Part shown: positions 1 through 8,897 of the stretch, in pieces
Layout of the letters: every line of letters begins with the position of its first letter
Numbering within the stretch: the stretch's first letter is position 1
NCBI GenBank assembly: GCA_041687695.1
Contig: JAWLBL010000019.1
Coordinates: forward strand, 110,685 to 174,684
Direction: 5' to 3'
DNA length: 64,000 bases
Source: Myxococcota bacterium
GTDB lineage: Bacteria > Myxococcota_A > UBA9042 > PHBI01 > JAWLBL01
The notes under the pieces: model-generated
What the model was told of the DNA's origin: nothing
The model's database searches: none
What the model saw: the letters and a program-made list of their open reading frames with translations, nothing else
Program-made: the position numbers and the translations under genes

Positions 1-2
1 AC

Positions 3-251
3 CTGGCGGTCGACGACATCTGGATTCCGCTCGCGGAGTCAATGCTGATTGAGATGTTCCAGCCCCTCTGGAACCGGGTGGTCGACGGGTACGGGAACCA
101 CGACCCTGGACGCGGGCGACACGGCCAACAACGGTCCGCGTGGGACGTACTCCATCCTGGGCGGGTCTGGGCCGATAGGCTTCAGCCCGGCCGGGACATG
201 GTCGACATCATCATGGACATCAACGCCTACGTCGCAGGCAGAGGTTGGTAA
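3..251 (+). CDS. Eco29kI-family (GIY-YIG) restriction endonuclease, C-terminal part (5' truncated by window)
   Basis: Frame open from position 3: LAVDDIWIPLAESMLIEMFQPLWNRVVDGYGNHDPGRGR...SAWDVLHPGRVWA, matching the recalled Eco29kI-family C-terminus. Confidence 0.8.
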   Translation: MAVDDIWIPLAESMLIEMFQPLWNRVVDGYGNHDPGRGRHGQQRSAWDVLHPGRVWADRLQPGRDMVDIIMDINAYVAGRGW

Positions 252-253
252 GC

Positions 254-748
254 ATGCCAGCAGAAGAAGCAGGGCTACATCCTGCGCTGATTGCGGCCCT
301 CATCTCAGCGGGAGTTACGCTGTTTGTTGGTCCTCTGACTGCCGCATTCGTGACTCGTCGCGCTAACGGAAAGGCCCGAACGGCTGATCTGACTTTGCGA
401 TTATATGAGAGATACGCGGCCATATTGCCCGATCTCGCGGTGATCGTATCGGCGATGCGGGACCAGAACCTGACACCAGAGACATACGAGAAGTACCTTC
501 ATACGCGAAAGATTCTCCTGCTCGAAGAAGTCGGAGCCTTGGTTAAGCACAAGCGCTTGGACGATGCCCTTGTAAAGGAGCTGTTTCGCCAGCCGGTGAA
601 GAAGGACGTCGTCCCCTGGCTCGAGGAAAAGACCGACGGCTACAAGATCGATATCAAACTCGGTGAGCAGAGAAGGGAAAGGTTCAAGATTCTCGGTCGA
701 ACTGTCGGTGTCCAACTACAGTTCCCGGCAGTAGGGGCTGCAGAGTAG
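254..748 (+). CDS. Membrane-anchored hypothetical protein (DUF4760-like)
   Basis: N-terminal TM helix; LEEVGALVKHKRLDDALVKELF resembles DUF4760; lower GC. Confidence 0.5.
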   Translation: MPAEEAGLHPALIAALISAGVTLFVGPLTAAFVTRRANGKARTADLTLRLYERYAAILPDLAVIVSAMRDQNLTPETYEKYLHTRKILLLEEVGALVKHKRLDDALVKELFRQPVKKDVVPWLEEKTDGYKIDIKLGEQRRERFKILGRTVGVQLQFPAVGAAE

Positions 749-790
749 GTCGAGTAGCAGGGGCATCGATAGACGAAGGAGCCTTCGGTA

Positions 791-1603
791 ATGGAACGTC
801 TATACGCCCGCATCTGGCTGCACCTCCCGAAGTATGTGGCCGCGATTCTGATCTTCATCGAGGTCGCGATCCTTGTCGGAGGGAACGCGACTTGGGCGTA
901 TTCGAGCGCTGCTTGGGAGTGGTTTCGGGCCAATACTGATGGCGGGACGAGGCTCCTCATACTGTTCTCAAGCGGGCTGGCGATTTGCGGTTTGGGAGTC
1001 TTCGTCGCCTTGCTGCTTCGAGAGGGGCTGGCGGCCGTGACCATAGGCCTCTCGAGGGCGGTGCTGACATCTCGGCCCCGGTGGGTGGCATCATTCCCAG
1101 GCGTGCTCTTGCCTCGCTCCGCCCAGGTGGTTCGGCTCCTCAACAAGGACAAGCAGTTCCTGGTCGACTACGTGGTTGCACGATCGGCGACCCAGCCGGA
1201 CACATCTCAAGAGCAGGAGAAGTTTGTCCGGGACCTGATGACCAGAATCTCGAAGTCCCTCATGAAACCAGAGCATCACGAGTTCATCGCGGAACTCGCG
1301 CATGCCACGAGCTTGACCCAGGACCAGCGCAAGTACGAACTGCTTGAAGACCAGATGCGCACGTTCGAGATGTTCGGCGCGGCCTTGCTGCTCTACGTCT
1401 GGATTTCGGCGCTGGGTTATCCTGGGGCAGCGCGAAGCACGGCAGGCGCTCTACTCGTTTTCGTCCTGCTCTGCCTGCTGATAGCCGCTTGGATGCGTCT
1501 ACGGCGCAGGCTGGTGCGGGTGCTGGCCTGGGCGTACATCGAGATCTTCGTCGTGGCCGAGGGCGCCGACATCGAAGATCGAGAAGGCGAGGGCCCTCTC
1601 TGA
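791..1603 (+). CDS. Hypothetical multi-pass membrane protein
   Basis: 270 aa ORF with about 4 hydrophobic segments. Confidence 0.6.
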   Translation: MERLYARIWLHLPKYVAAILIFIEVAILVGGNATWAYSSAAWEWFRANTDGGTRLLILFSSGLAICGLGVFVALLLREGLAAVTIGLSRAVLTSRPRWVASFPGVLLPRSAQVVRLLNKDKQFLVDYVVARSATQPDTSQEQEKFVRDLMTRISKSLMKPEHHEFIAELAHATSLTQDQRKYELLEDQMRTFEMFGAALLLYVWISALGYPGAARSTAGALLVFVLLCLLIAAWMRLRRRLVRVLAWAYIEIFVVAEGADIEDREGEGPL

Positions 1604-1609
1604 AGAAGC

Positions 1610-2029
1610 TTACTCCTCAGGCTCCGTCAGCTTCTTCCTGACCTTGGTCAGCGCCAGGTCGATCGCGGCGTCAATCCTCATCTGAGCACGCTGGTCAGCT
1701 CTCACGTGCCGCAGGTGACCGTTCTGATACACCTCGTTGGCCAACGCGACCCGGCCCATCAGTGAGTCGACCGCGTCCTCGATCGAGTGGAGCGAGGCCG
1801 GCGTCGTGACCATCTCGATCTCAGGGTCGTACTCGAAGCAGGTGTGCTGGTCCGGTCCGTCGAAGGCGTCGATCCACTCGGGCGGTGGGGTGCGGGAGAG
1901 CTTGATGGCCAGCAGGACGTTGAAGCCGTCGTAGACAGGAGCGCTGTAGAGCTCGCGGTCGATGGGCTCGATCTTCACGTCGTCAGCGATCAGGGTGATG
2001 GGTGTCCAGGTCGACATGGTGGACTCCAT
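1610..2029 (-). CDS. Hypothetical protein
   Basis: 139 aa ORF with normal globular composition. Confidence 0.55.
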   Translation of the reverse strand: MESTMSTWTPITLIADDVKIEPIDRELYSAPVYDGFNVLLAIKLSRTPPPEWIDAFDGPDQHTCFEYDPEIEMVTTPASLHSIEDAVDSLMGRVALANEVYQNGHLRHVRADQRAQMRIDAAIDLALTKVRKKLTEPEE

Positions 2030-2197
2030 TGTTCAGTGCGTGTTCGGCATCGATATGGTCCGAATGTGACTCGGCTGAGTAGCCAAGGCAAACTGTAGTC
2101 GCACTGGCTCCGCAGACCAACGCCTTCGATGGGCGCGGCTGCTTGCATCTCAGGAAGTCTCTCCTCCGTTCCAAGGAACGGGACTACCCATCCACAA

Positions 2198-2701
2198 TCA
2201 CTTCTTGATAACGTCCCTTTCCACTTCGTCCGCTGCAGCAGATACCTCCGTCAAGTAAAAGCTCGGAAGCTCCTCGTTTGCGAACGTGACTTCTTGCCCG
2301 TCTTCAATTCGGGATGTGGTGGTTCCATATGAAATCACTACCTTCGAGCGAGTACCGGTTGCCGCTGGAGTGAGCGAAGTTGGCCGTGGTGGGCTCGAAT
2401 CGAGCTTCTGTTTGAGCGCTTCGTATCGCAGTTCAAGTTCCATCAGCTTAGTCTTTTCGTTGCTTCGCTTGCTAAAATCTGCCCTGATTGCGCGAGCAAT
2501 CCCGGTAGAAATCAAGCTGGCCGACACCGCAGCAAAGATGATGGCCAATTCGACCAGCGACTTCGGAGCGCCCTCACCGGAAACTGTCCCGCCATACACC
2601 AGGAATGTGGTGCCGACTATCGCCAATATCGGGACCACGCCACCAATTATTCCGATACCGGCTGCAAGTAAGTTGATTTGAAGCGGAGTGGACGGTCTCA
2701 T
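2198..2701 (-). CDS. Hypothetical membrane protein
   Basis: Two TM segments; start overlaps upstream stop; low GC. Confidence 0.55.
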   Translation of the reverse strand: MRPSTPLQINLLAAGIGIIGGVVPILAIVGTTFLVYGGTVSGEGAPKSLVELAIIFAAVSASLISTGIARAIRADFSKRSNEKTKLMELELRYEALKQKLDSSPPRPTSLTPAATGTRSKVVISYGTTTSRIEDGQEVTFANEELPSFYLTEVSAAADEVERDVIKK

Positions 2702-3243
2702 TTAAGCATCCTACGGAGCAGTGCCTTCAGGAAATCCACGAGACCGCCGTAAAAGAGTCCCTTCACGAGGGCCATGCTGAGGCTCTCGCCGGCCAAGGCC
2801 GCGACAATCGGGCCAGCGGTCATGCCCGAAAAGGAGCCGACAAGCAAGTCATGGAGCAACCCTTCAGGCTCGGTCTTGGCGAGCCGGGCTGTGACAGCCT
2901 TGAGCCCCCGAGGGAAGAAGGCGTCAAGGATCTGATCCGTACGCTTGACATGGTCGTTGATCTTCGCATGCAGCGCGTCGATCTCCTGGGGTGAGGCGGC
3001 TGTAGTGAGATCGTCCCTCAACTGGTCGATGTCCGAATCGATCTGATCGAGCACAAAACTTTGCTCGGGCGAAGCCTTACGGCGCGCTTCGTTCAGCCGA
3101 CGTCTCAGTCCGCTGAGCGCCGTGCGGCCTTCATCCACCTTCGTGACGGGCCTTGGTCTAGCCGGAACTGTCATGGTCGGGCAACCGATCGTCCATGCCC
3201 ATCGGGTCGTGCCAGCCGCTCCCCGCGTGCTGGCACGTACCAC
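2698..3243 (-). CDS. Hypothetical protein (coiled coil plus C-terminal hydrophobic segment); true start probably ~3174
   Basis: ORF track; coupled to the downstream gene. Confidence 0.5.
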   Translation of the reverse strand: MVRASTRGAAGTTRWAWTIGCPTMTVPARPRPVTKVDEGRTALSGLRRRLNEARRKASPEQSFVLDQIDSDIDQLRDDLTTAASPQEIDALHAKINDHVKRTDQILDAFFPRGLKAVTARLAKTEPEGLLHDLLVGSFSGMTAGPIVAALAGESLSMALVKGLFYGGLVDFLKALLRRMLK

Positions 3244-3402
3244 CGCCCCTCGGTGCTGGTGCGATCCTTACCAAGAACTCGGCTCGACGCAAGCGACCCG
3301 CCACGGCGAGCCCGCGCAATCGGATTGCGCGACCGGAGACTTGACTAACGCGGGCATCCGTGATCCGGTCGGACGTCTCGATCACGATCACGGAGGCTCA
3401 AC

Positions 3403-4371
3403 ATGGTCCCCCCCTACCTGCTCCCGATCCTGCTCTTCCTTGGTTCCGACCTAGACCACGTTGTATCGCATGATCCTGCGACGCACCTCTGCCGGGAAGG
3501 AGGGGAGCCTAGGCAGTACCCTCTTGAGGGCAAGAGGGACGCGATACATGCATGTATCAAGGAAGCGACTGTGAAGCGACACAGCTGTCCTGCCAAGACC
3601 GAGAAGCGGGTGAGCTACGATCCTCAGGACGGGACCTTCGGGGTGTGGTGCGCAGATGATCGAGGACGTCGCCAGGGGCTCGAGGTCTCCTGGGCGGTCG
3701 ACCATCAGCGCCGTTGGGAGTTCGAGTGGAAGGACGATCATAACCTGGTGCGGAGGTGGTGGAAGGACGGCCACCTCACGGCGATCGACTGTTTCGACGA
3801 GCACCGGAACGAAGTCCTGTGCCCCTGCCCGAAGGGAACCGAGAAAGTCTCGGATGGCGACCTATCTACTGAGTGGTGCGCTGATCGTCGCGGGAGGCGG
3901 ACCGGGCCGATCGTCACCTGGAGCGCTGGCAAGGGGGACGCCAAGTTCATCGCCGAGTCGGGCTACTACCTGAACGACAAGCGAGATGGCCTGTGGACCA
4001 GCTACACCTTCCTGGAAGGTAGGCTGACGTCGGCTGGCCACTACCGGGCGGGGAAGAAGGAAGGTCTGTGGCGCACCTTCCACGAGGACGGCTCAGTTGA
4101 GTGGGAGGCCACCTACTCGCGTGGTCGATTCGAGGGAGTCATGCGCAAGTGGCACGCCAACGGCCAGCTCGCGAAGGAGCGGAGCCATCGTAGAGGCAAG
4201 ATCGTAGGGACGGTACGGACCTGGCATGAGAACGGGCAGCTCGCTTCCGAGGTGATGGTCCGCAAAGGTCGAGCCCACGGGCAGCGACGCTACTACGATG
4301 AGGACGGAGTGCTGATCAGGACCGAGTGCTGGGTTGGCGGTCGGCAGGCGCCGTGTAAGCTTGAACCGTGA
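3403..4371 (+). CDS. MORN-variant repeat protein (YwqK-like antitoxin family)
   Basis: Repeated G.W..WHENGQL..E..Y..G units; N-terminal signal-like peptide; GGAGG RBS. Confidence 0.75.
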   Translation: MVPPYLLPILLFLGSDLDHVVSHDPATHLCREGGEPRQYPLEGKRDAIHACIKEATVKRHSCPAKTEKRVSYDPQDGTFGVWCADDRGRRQGLEVSWAVDHQRRWEFEWKDDHNLVRRWWKDGHLTAIDCFDEHRNEVLCPCPKGTEKVSDGDLSTEWCADRRGRRTGPIVTWSAGKGDAKFIAESGYYLNDKRDGLWTSYTFLEGRLTSAGHYRAGKKEGLWRTFHEDGSVEWEATYSRGRFEGVMRKWHANGQLAKERSHRRGKIVGTVRTWHENGQLASEVMVRKGRAHGQRRYYDEDGVLIRTECWVGGRQAPCKLEP

Positions 4372-4377
4372 TAGGAC

Positions 4378-4803
4378 GTGGATACCGGTCCAAAGATGAA
4401 CTCGCCAAAGCAGACCAGGGTCAGGATCCACAACCTGGCCGACACCATCCGGACCGGCTGGTACGAGCTCGCGTTGCTCATGGCCGAGGCGAAGGAGCGT
4501 GAGCTGTACCGCGACTGGGGGTACGAGGACTACCTCGCCTGGGCGAGCGAGGAGCTCGGGTACCAGAAGCGGATCACCCAGTACATGGTCGCGGTCGCGG
4601 AGCACTTCGGGACCGCGAGCCCCAAGGTCCAACAGTGGATCGCCGAGATCGGGGTGGCGAAGGCCAAGGAGCTGATCGGGCTGGTCGACGAGAAGAACCT
4701 CGTCCGCTGGCAGCGTGAGCTCCGAGAGGCCAATACCCCAATGGTGGCCGCTATCGCTCGAGCGGTGCGGGAGACCCTTGCCGAGCCCGAACCAGCGCAG
4801 TGA
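4378..4803 (+). CDS. Phage hypothetical protein
   Basis: 141 aa ORF; LYRDWGYEDYLAW segment typical of phage/ParB-associated helical proteins. Confidence 0.55.
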   Translation: MDTGPKMNSPKQTRVRIHNLADTIRTGWYELALLMAEAKERELYRDWGYEDYLAWASEELGYQKRITQYMVAVAEHFGTASPKVQQWIAEIGVAKAKELIGLVDEKNLVRWQRELREANTPMVAAIARAVRETLAEPEPAQ

Positions 4804-5378
4804 CCTCGTCGATCAGGTCGGCCGCATGAGCCGCGATCCCGCTCGGGTCGCCCATCTCACGGAGGGTGCCGGCCCTCAGGTCGAGCGCGACCTCGAGCTC
4901 AGCCAGCAGAGACGTCACGGTATCGAGCTGTTCAGTCATAACAGGTCTCCTGGGGCTGGCTGTGGGTGAAGGCACGGGATAGCGGACGGTATCAAGTGCC
5001 CAGGTCGGCCAGAGCAGAGATGAGCCGCTTCCGAATGTGGGGGTCCTCGACCACGGGCCCGATGTAGCGGACGCCCGGGACGACCGGCTCGGGCTCAGGC
5101 TCGGGGCGGACGACGCGCAGGTGGCCACGGCGAACCAGGCTGGCGATGCGGGCAAGGGTCGGGTGGATCGCGGTGGCGGGCTGGGTCATGGGCGTGGCGT
5201 CCTCGCGCGCGGCGTTCTTCTTGGCGTGTGGCCCTTCGGGCCTTTGACGAGATCTACCCCGGGTCCGGAGCTCGGTGCAAGTGATTGCACTTTTCAACGG
5301 AAGTGCCAACTCGGCGCGAGCGTCAGCTCGCCCCCTCTAGGTCCCTCTCTTTCAACCTCTCTCCTCTCTTTCTATGGG

Positions 5379-5461
5379 GTCTCATCTGGGGGACGAAACC
5401 GTCTCATCTGGGGGACGGACCGTCTCATCTGGGGGACGCTGACCGTCTCATCTGGGGGACG
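5379..5461 (+). repeat. Four 17-bp direct repeats GTCTCATCTGGGGGACG (putative iterons, replication origin)
   Basis: Copies start at 5379, 5401, 5422, 5445 (21-23 bp spacing), directly upstream of a Rep-like HTH gene. Confidence 0.8.
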
Positions 5462-5523
5462 CTTTGACTCTGAGGAGGAACTTGTCACCCGTGACCGGAG
5501 GAGGCTACTCTCGTCGAGTAGAC

Positions 5524-5569
5524 AAAGAAAAACCCCGGCAGGCTGCTTTGGTCGGTCGCCTACCGGGGT
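5524..5569 (-). terminator. Antisense-strand intrinsic terminator in the rep leader
   Basis: Minus strand reads CCCCGGUAGGC...GCCUGCCGGGG followed by UUUUUCUUU. Confidence 0.55.
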
Positions 5570-5589
5570 CAAAAGGAAAAGAAACTGAT

Positions 5590-6312
5590 ATGAAGAATAC
5601 GGTCGCGCGTGTCGGCAGTCCAGCCTGCGCTTCGATTCAAAGAGACTTCAGCAAGGTGCCCTGGACCACGACGTTGATCCCTGAGGACCTGCTCGACTGG
5701 GCCGATGAGGACAAGGCCCGTGTTACAGCGTTCGCATTGGCCGCGCTGCTGTACTGTTCGAGTCGGGGCGGCGAGGTCACGAGATGCGTCGCGACGTCGG
5801 CCGAACTGCTAGGGATCAGCAAGGCGACCAGTTGGCGAGCGGTCTCAATGCTCAAGGAGATCGGCATCGCTCGCGACGAGACCGGGACGTGGCACGGGAT
5901 GCGCGTGCCCACTCGAGAATCCATCAGCGGCTGGCTGGCCATCCCGAGTGAGATCGTCGTCGACCCTCGCCGCAAGCCCATCGATATCATCTGGCTCGCG
6001 CGCTTGCTCCGCTTGTGCGAGCAGGAGAGCCAGGCAGCTGGGGGAGAGGACCGCCGCGAAATGGTTCACCCGCGCGCATGGGTCCTGAGGTCGCAGTACG
6101 CCGTCGCGACCAAGCTGGGCACCTCAAGGAACACCACCCACAAGGCGATCCAGAGGCTGGCCGAACTCGGCTACGTGGACGTGCGCGGACAGGGGGTGAA
6201 CGTACAGCCCCACATGCCCCGGCAGCTCGGGCTCGTCGGTGGGATCGTCCAGGCCCTGCGCGGTCAGGCCGACGTTGTCCGGCTTGAGGATTGGCGGCGG
6301 CATGAGTCGTAA
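5590..6312 (+). CDS. Putative replication initiator with two HTH motifs
   Basis: SAELLGISKATSWRAVSML and QYAVATKLGTSRNTTHKAIQRL HTH motifs; adjacent iterons. Confidence 0.6.
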   Translation: MKNTVARVGSPACASIQRDFSKVPWTTTLIPEDLLDWADEDKARVTAFALAALLYCSSRGGEVTRCVATSAELLGISKATSWRAVSMLKEIGIARDETGTWHGMRVPTRESISGWLAIPSEIVVDPRRKPIDIIWLARLLRLCEQESQAAGGEDRREMVHPRAWVLRSQYAVATKLGTSRNTTHKAIQRLAELGYVDVRGQGVNVQPHMPRQLGLVGGIVQALRGQADVVRLEDWRRHES

Positions 6313-6335
6313 GAAGTGCAATCGATTGCGCGAGT

Positions 6336-6644
6336 TTGATCGGGGATGATGAGTGCATCCGGTATCGGGAAACCCCACACCGGAGGCCTCCCGTGGACGA
6401 CGTCAATCGCACCCGCATGCGCGCGCTGATCGACCTTTGGAAGCGCAGCCGCGCACGCAGAAACCCAAAGCAACTCCGAGTGCTGATGCTCATGAAGAGG
6501 ACCGGTGTACGCTGTCGCAAGTGCCGAAAGGAGATCCCTGTCGGGGACCGGGTGTTGTGGGATCCACGCGACAAGTCGTGTGAACATGAGCTCTGCCCAA
6601 ATGTGATTGACTTCGTGGCCTGGCGAGAGGAACGGAATAGATAA
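6336..6644 (+). CDS. Small zinc-ribbon protein
   Basis: CRKC..IPVGD....H..C motif. Confidence 0.5.
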   Translation: MIGDDECIRYRETPHRRPPVDDVNRTRMRALIDLWKRSRARRNPKQLRVLMLMKRTGVRCRKCRKEIPVGDRVLWDPRDKSCEHELCPNVIDFVAWREERNR

Positions 6645-6864
6645 CCGCTCGAAAGCTGCGTATCTGTTGACGACTACGCCATCCGCCTGCGATCATTAGT
6701 CGTCGACTTCGGTCATTGGGGATGCGTTAGTCCATGAGGTGGCGTATGGCGTGGGTGTTGGCTTGGCTTTGCTTGACCTGCGCGCCGCCTGGTATGGCCG
6801 ACGTCGACCAGCAGCTTCGCAGCATCGAGTCACGGCTCGAGCTGCTCGCTCAGGAACTCGGGCG

Positions 6865-7368
6865 ATGAGCAGCAAGTGGTGCAGCGGAGCCTGTGGTGAG
6901 CTACTCCCGCACTCCCATTTTGCGCGGGACAAGAGTAAGAAGGATGGCCTGTCGTCCCGGTGCCGGGCCTGCGCCAAGGCAGCGACCAAGGCCTGGACCC
7001 AGGCAAACCCAAAGCGAGCCGCCGCAGCCAAGCGTCGGGCCTACGAGCGCGGCAAGAAGCACGTGGTCTATCGGCTGACCCACGTCCCGACCGGCCAGTA
7101 CTATGTGGGCTCGACGCACCAGCCCACCTCGCGCGAGCAGAGCCACCGCTACGCGCTACGAACCGCCACTCACTGGAACCCTGGCGTGCTGGCCATCATC
7201 GCCCGAGAGGGCTACCACGCGGACGACTGGACGTTTGAGGTGGTCGCGGTGGGATCGTCGGCGGAGGAGGTCCGGAGGCTGGAGACGCAGGTCATTCAGG
7301 ACCTGGAGCACGACTCCTTGGTCTTGAATCGGATGGCTGGTGGCGGCCCGATGGCGAGAGCCCACTGA
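6865..7368 (+). CDS. GIY-YIG nuclease with N-terminal CxxC zinc finger
   Basis: KWCSGACGELLP..F...GLSSRCRAC followed by VVYRL...YYVGST...R...H. Confidence 0.7.
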   Translation: MSSKWCSGACGELLPHSHFARDKSKKDGLSSRCRACAKAATKAWTQANPKRAAAAKRRAYERGKKHVVYRLTHVPTGQYYVGSTHQPTSREQSHRYALRTATHWNPGVLAIIAREGYHADDWTFEVVAVGSSAEEVRRLETQVIQDLEHDSLVLNRMAGGGPMARAH

Positions 7369-7414
7369 TGGTGCGCTCGGACGTCAGTCTCCCTCGGGCT
7401 GCGGCAATACGGCC

Positions 7415-8047
7415 ATGAGCGCGTTCGAGGCGCAGGTCTCATGGCAGGCGTACAGGACATGGGGGGCTGTCGACCCACAGGTCTGGTGGCCATCCACCGC
7501 TCGGTCGTCGGATGCCGAGCTTGAGCGCCTCGGCTGGGCGATGTCACGTGTGACGCTGCGACATCGTGCAGCCCTAGCGCCGCTCCCGCAGGCGGCGATC
7601 GCGCGCGAACTGGGCGTCAGTCAGCCGACGGTCTGCGCGCGTCGTCGGGTGACCTTGGCCGGCCTGAGGAAGCTCCTAAGCTACCGGGGCGACCCAGACC
7701 GCGATGCCGCCATCGTGGTCGAGATGGCGAGGGGCGAGGATCTGGTGACCAGGCTGGCGGTCAGGACATGGGCCGCGACTGGTCGTCGTGCTCCAGTCGC
7801 AGGGGTGCTCGACGAGGCCTACACACCCGACCATCGACGCGCGAGCGAGGCCTTGGTCGAGTGGCTGGCGGACCACGCCTCGAACGCGACGGTTCGTCGT
7901 CTTGCGGGAGTGCATTTGCCGGCAGGTCCGGTGCTCATCGTGGGGCCTGACGTGGATGCATGGTCTCGATGGGATGCGGCCCGGAGTACGGCAGCCGAGC
8001 GACTCCTGGCGTGGAGGTCCATGGCCGAGGACAGCAGGGCGGCATGA
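7415..8047 (+). CDS. Sigma70 region-4-like HTH protein (candidate late-gene regulator)
   Basis: PQAAIARELGVSQPTVCARRR; position just before the packaging genes. Confidence 0.5.
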   Translation: MSAFEAQVSWQAYRTWGAVDPQVWWPSTARSSDAELERLGWAMSRVTLRHRAALAPLPQAAIARELGVSQPTVCARRRVTLAGLRKLLSYRGDPDRDAAIVVEMARGEDLVTRLAVRTWAATGRRAPVAGVLDEAYTPDHRRASEALVEWLADHASNATVRRLAGVHLPAGPVLIVGPDVDAWSRWDAARSTAAERLLAWRSMAEDSRAA

Positions 8048-8400
8048 GGCGGGGCACGAACGCATGCGGCACGGGATTGATTAGCCGTCCTCCAGCGGAG
8101 GCGACCATGGAGCTGGACAGGGTCAAGCGCGAAACAGTCGAACACGTACCGCTGCTAGTGGTCATGGTGCGCTCGGTGCTGCGCCTTGGTGACTGGTTCC
8201 GGTGTTTGCCCACTAGAGCGAGCAAGGCGAGGAGGCCCAGGAAGACGGGCTGTCGCCATGGTGGTGCCTCAGGGTGAGGCAGGGGAGGGCGGACACCCCC
8301 CCGTTTGGGTCTCATGGTGAGACACCGAGCCCGGCCTCTCTCCCCTCCGATTTAGCGGCGGATCCGAAGAAAAAATCCTGAACCGGAAAACGAGCCCGGG

Positions 8401-8871
8401 ATGAGCAAGGGTCAGAGCAAGATGGAGACCGCGCGAGCGATGGCTGATCGTGGCCTGTCCAGGGCATCTGCGCCTCCAGAAGCCGACGAGACGGTCGACC
8501 TGCTGCTCGAGCACATCTCGCGGGGGATCGACAAGCGGACGAGCGCGGGGAAGGCGCAGCTCGCGTTGCTGCGTCAGGTGCGGGAGCGGGGGATCTCGCT
8601 GCGCCAGCTGCAGGCCTGGGAAGTGAGCCGAATGTTCGAGCTGGAGAAGCAGTTCCGCGACGAGAAGATCGAAGCCGGCAAGATGCACGTCCAGGTGGCG
8701 AAGATCATCGAGTCGCTTCGGAAGCTGGCGGAGGCGGATCAGGAGCCCGACGAGACCGTCCCGGGCAACATCGAGATCACGGTGACGCTGGACCCGTCGC
8801 TGAGGGATGACGGCCCCGGCGACACCATCTCGGTGGCGAGCCCGAGAGGCGAAGGACTGGCGAGCGAGTAG
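8401..8871 (+). CDS. Putative terminase small subunit
   Basis: Position and size immediately upstream of terL. Confidence 0.5.
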   Translation: MSKGQSKMETARAMADRGLSRASAPPEADETVDLLLEHISRGIDKRTSAGKAQLALLRQVRERGISLRQLQAWEVSRMFELEKQFRDEKIEAGKMHVQVAKIIESLRKLAEADQEPDETVPGNIEITVTLDPSLRDDGPGDTISVASPRGEGLASE

Positions 8872-8897
8872 GCCCTTGGACGGGGCCGGGTGAACCG

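Noticed and set aside
5379..5461. Mini-CRISPR
   Set aside because: Spacers are only 4-6 bp; context fits iterons
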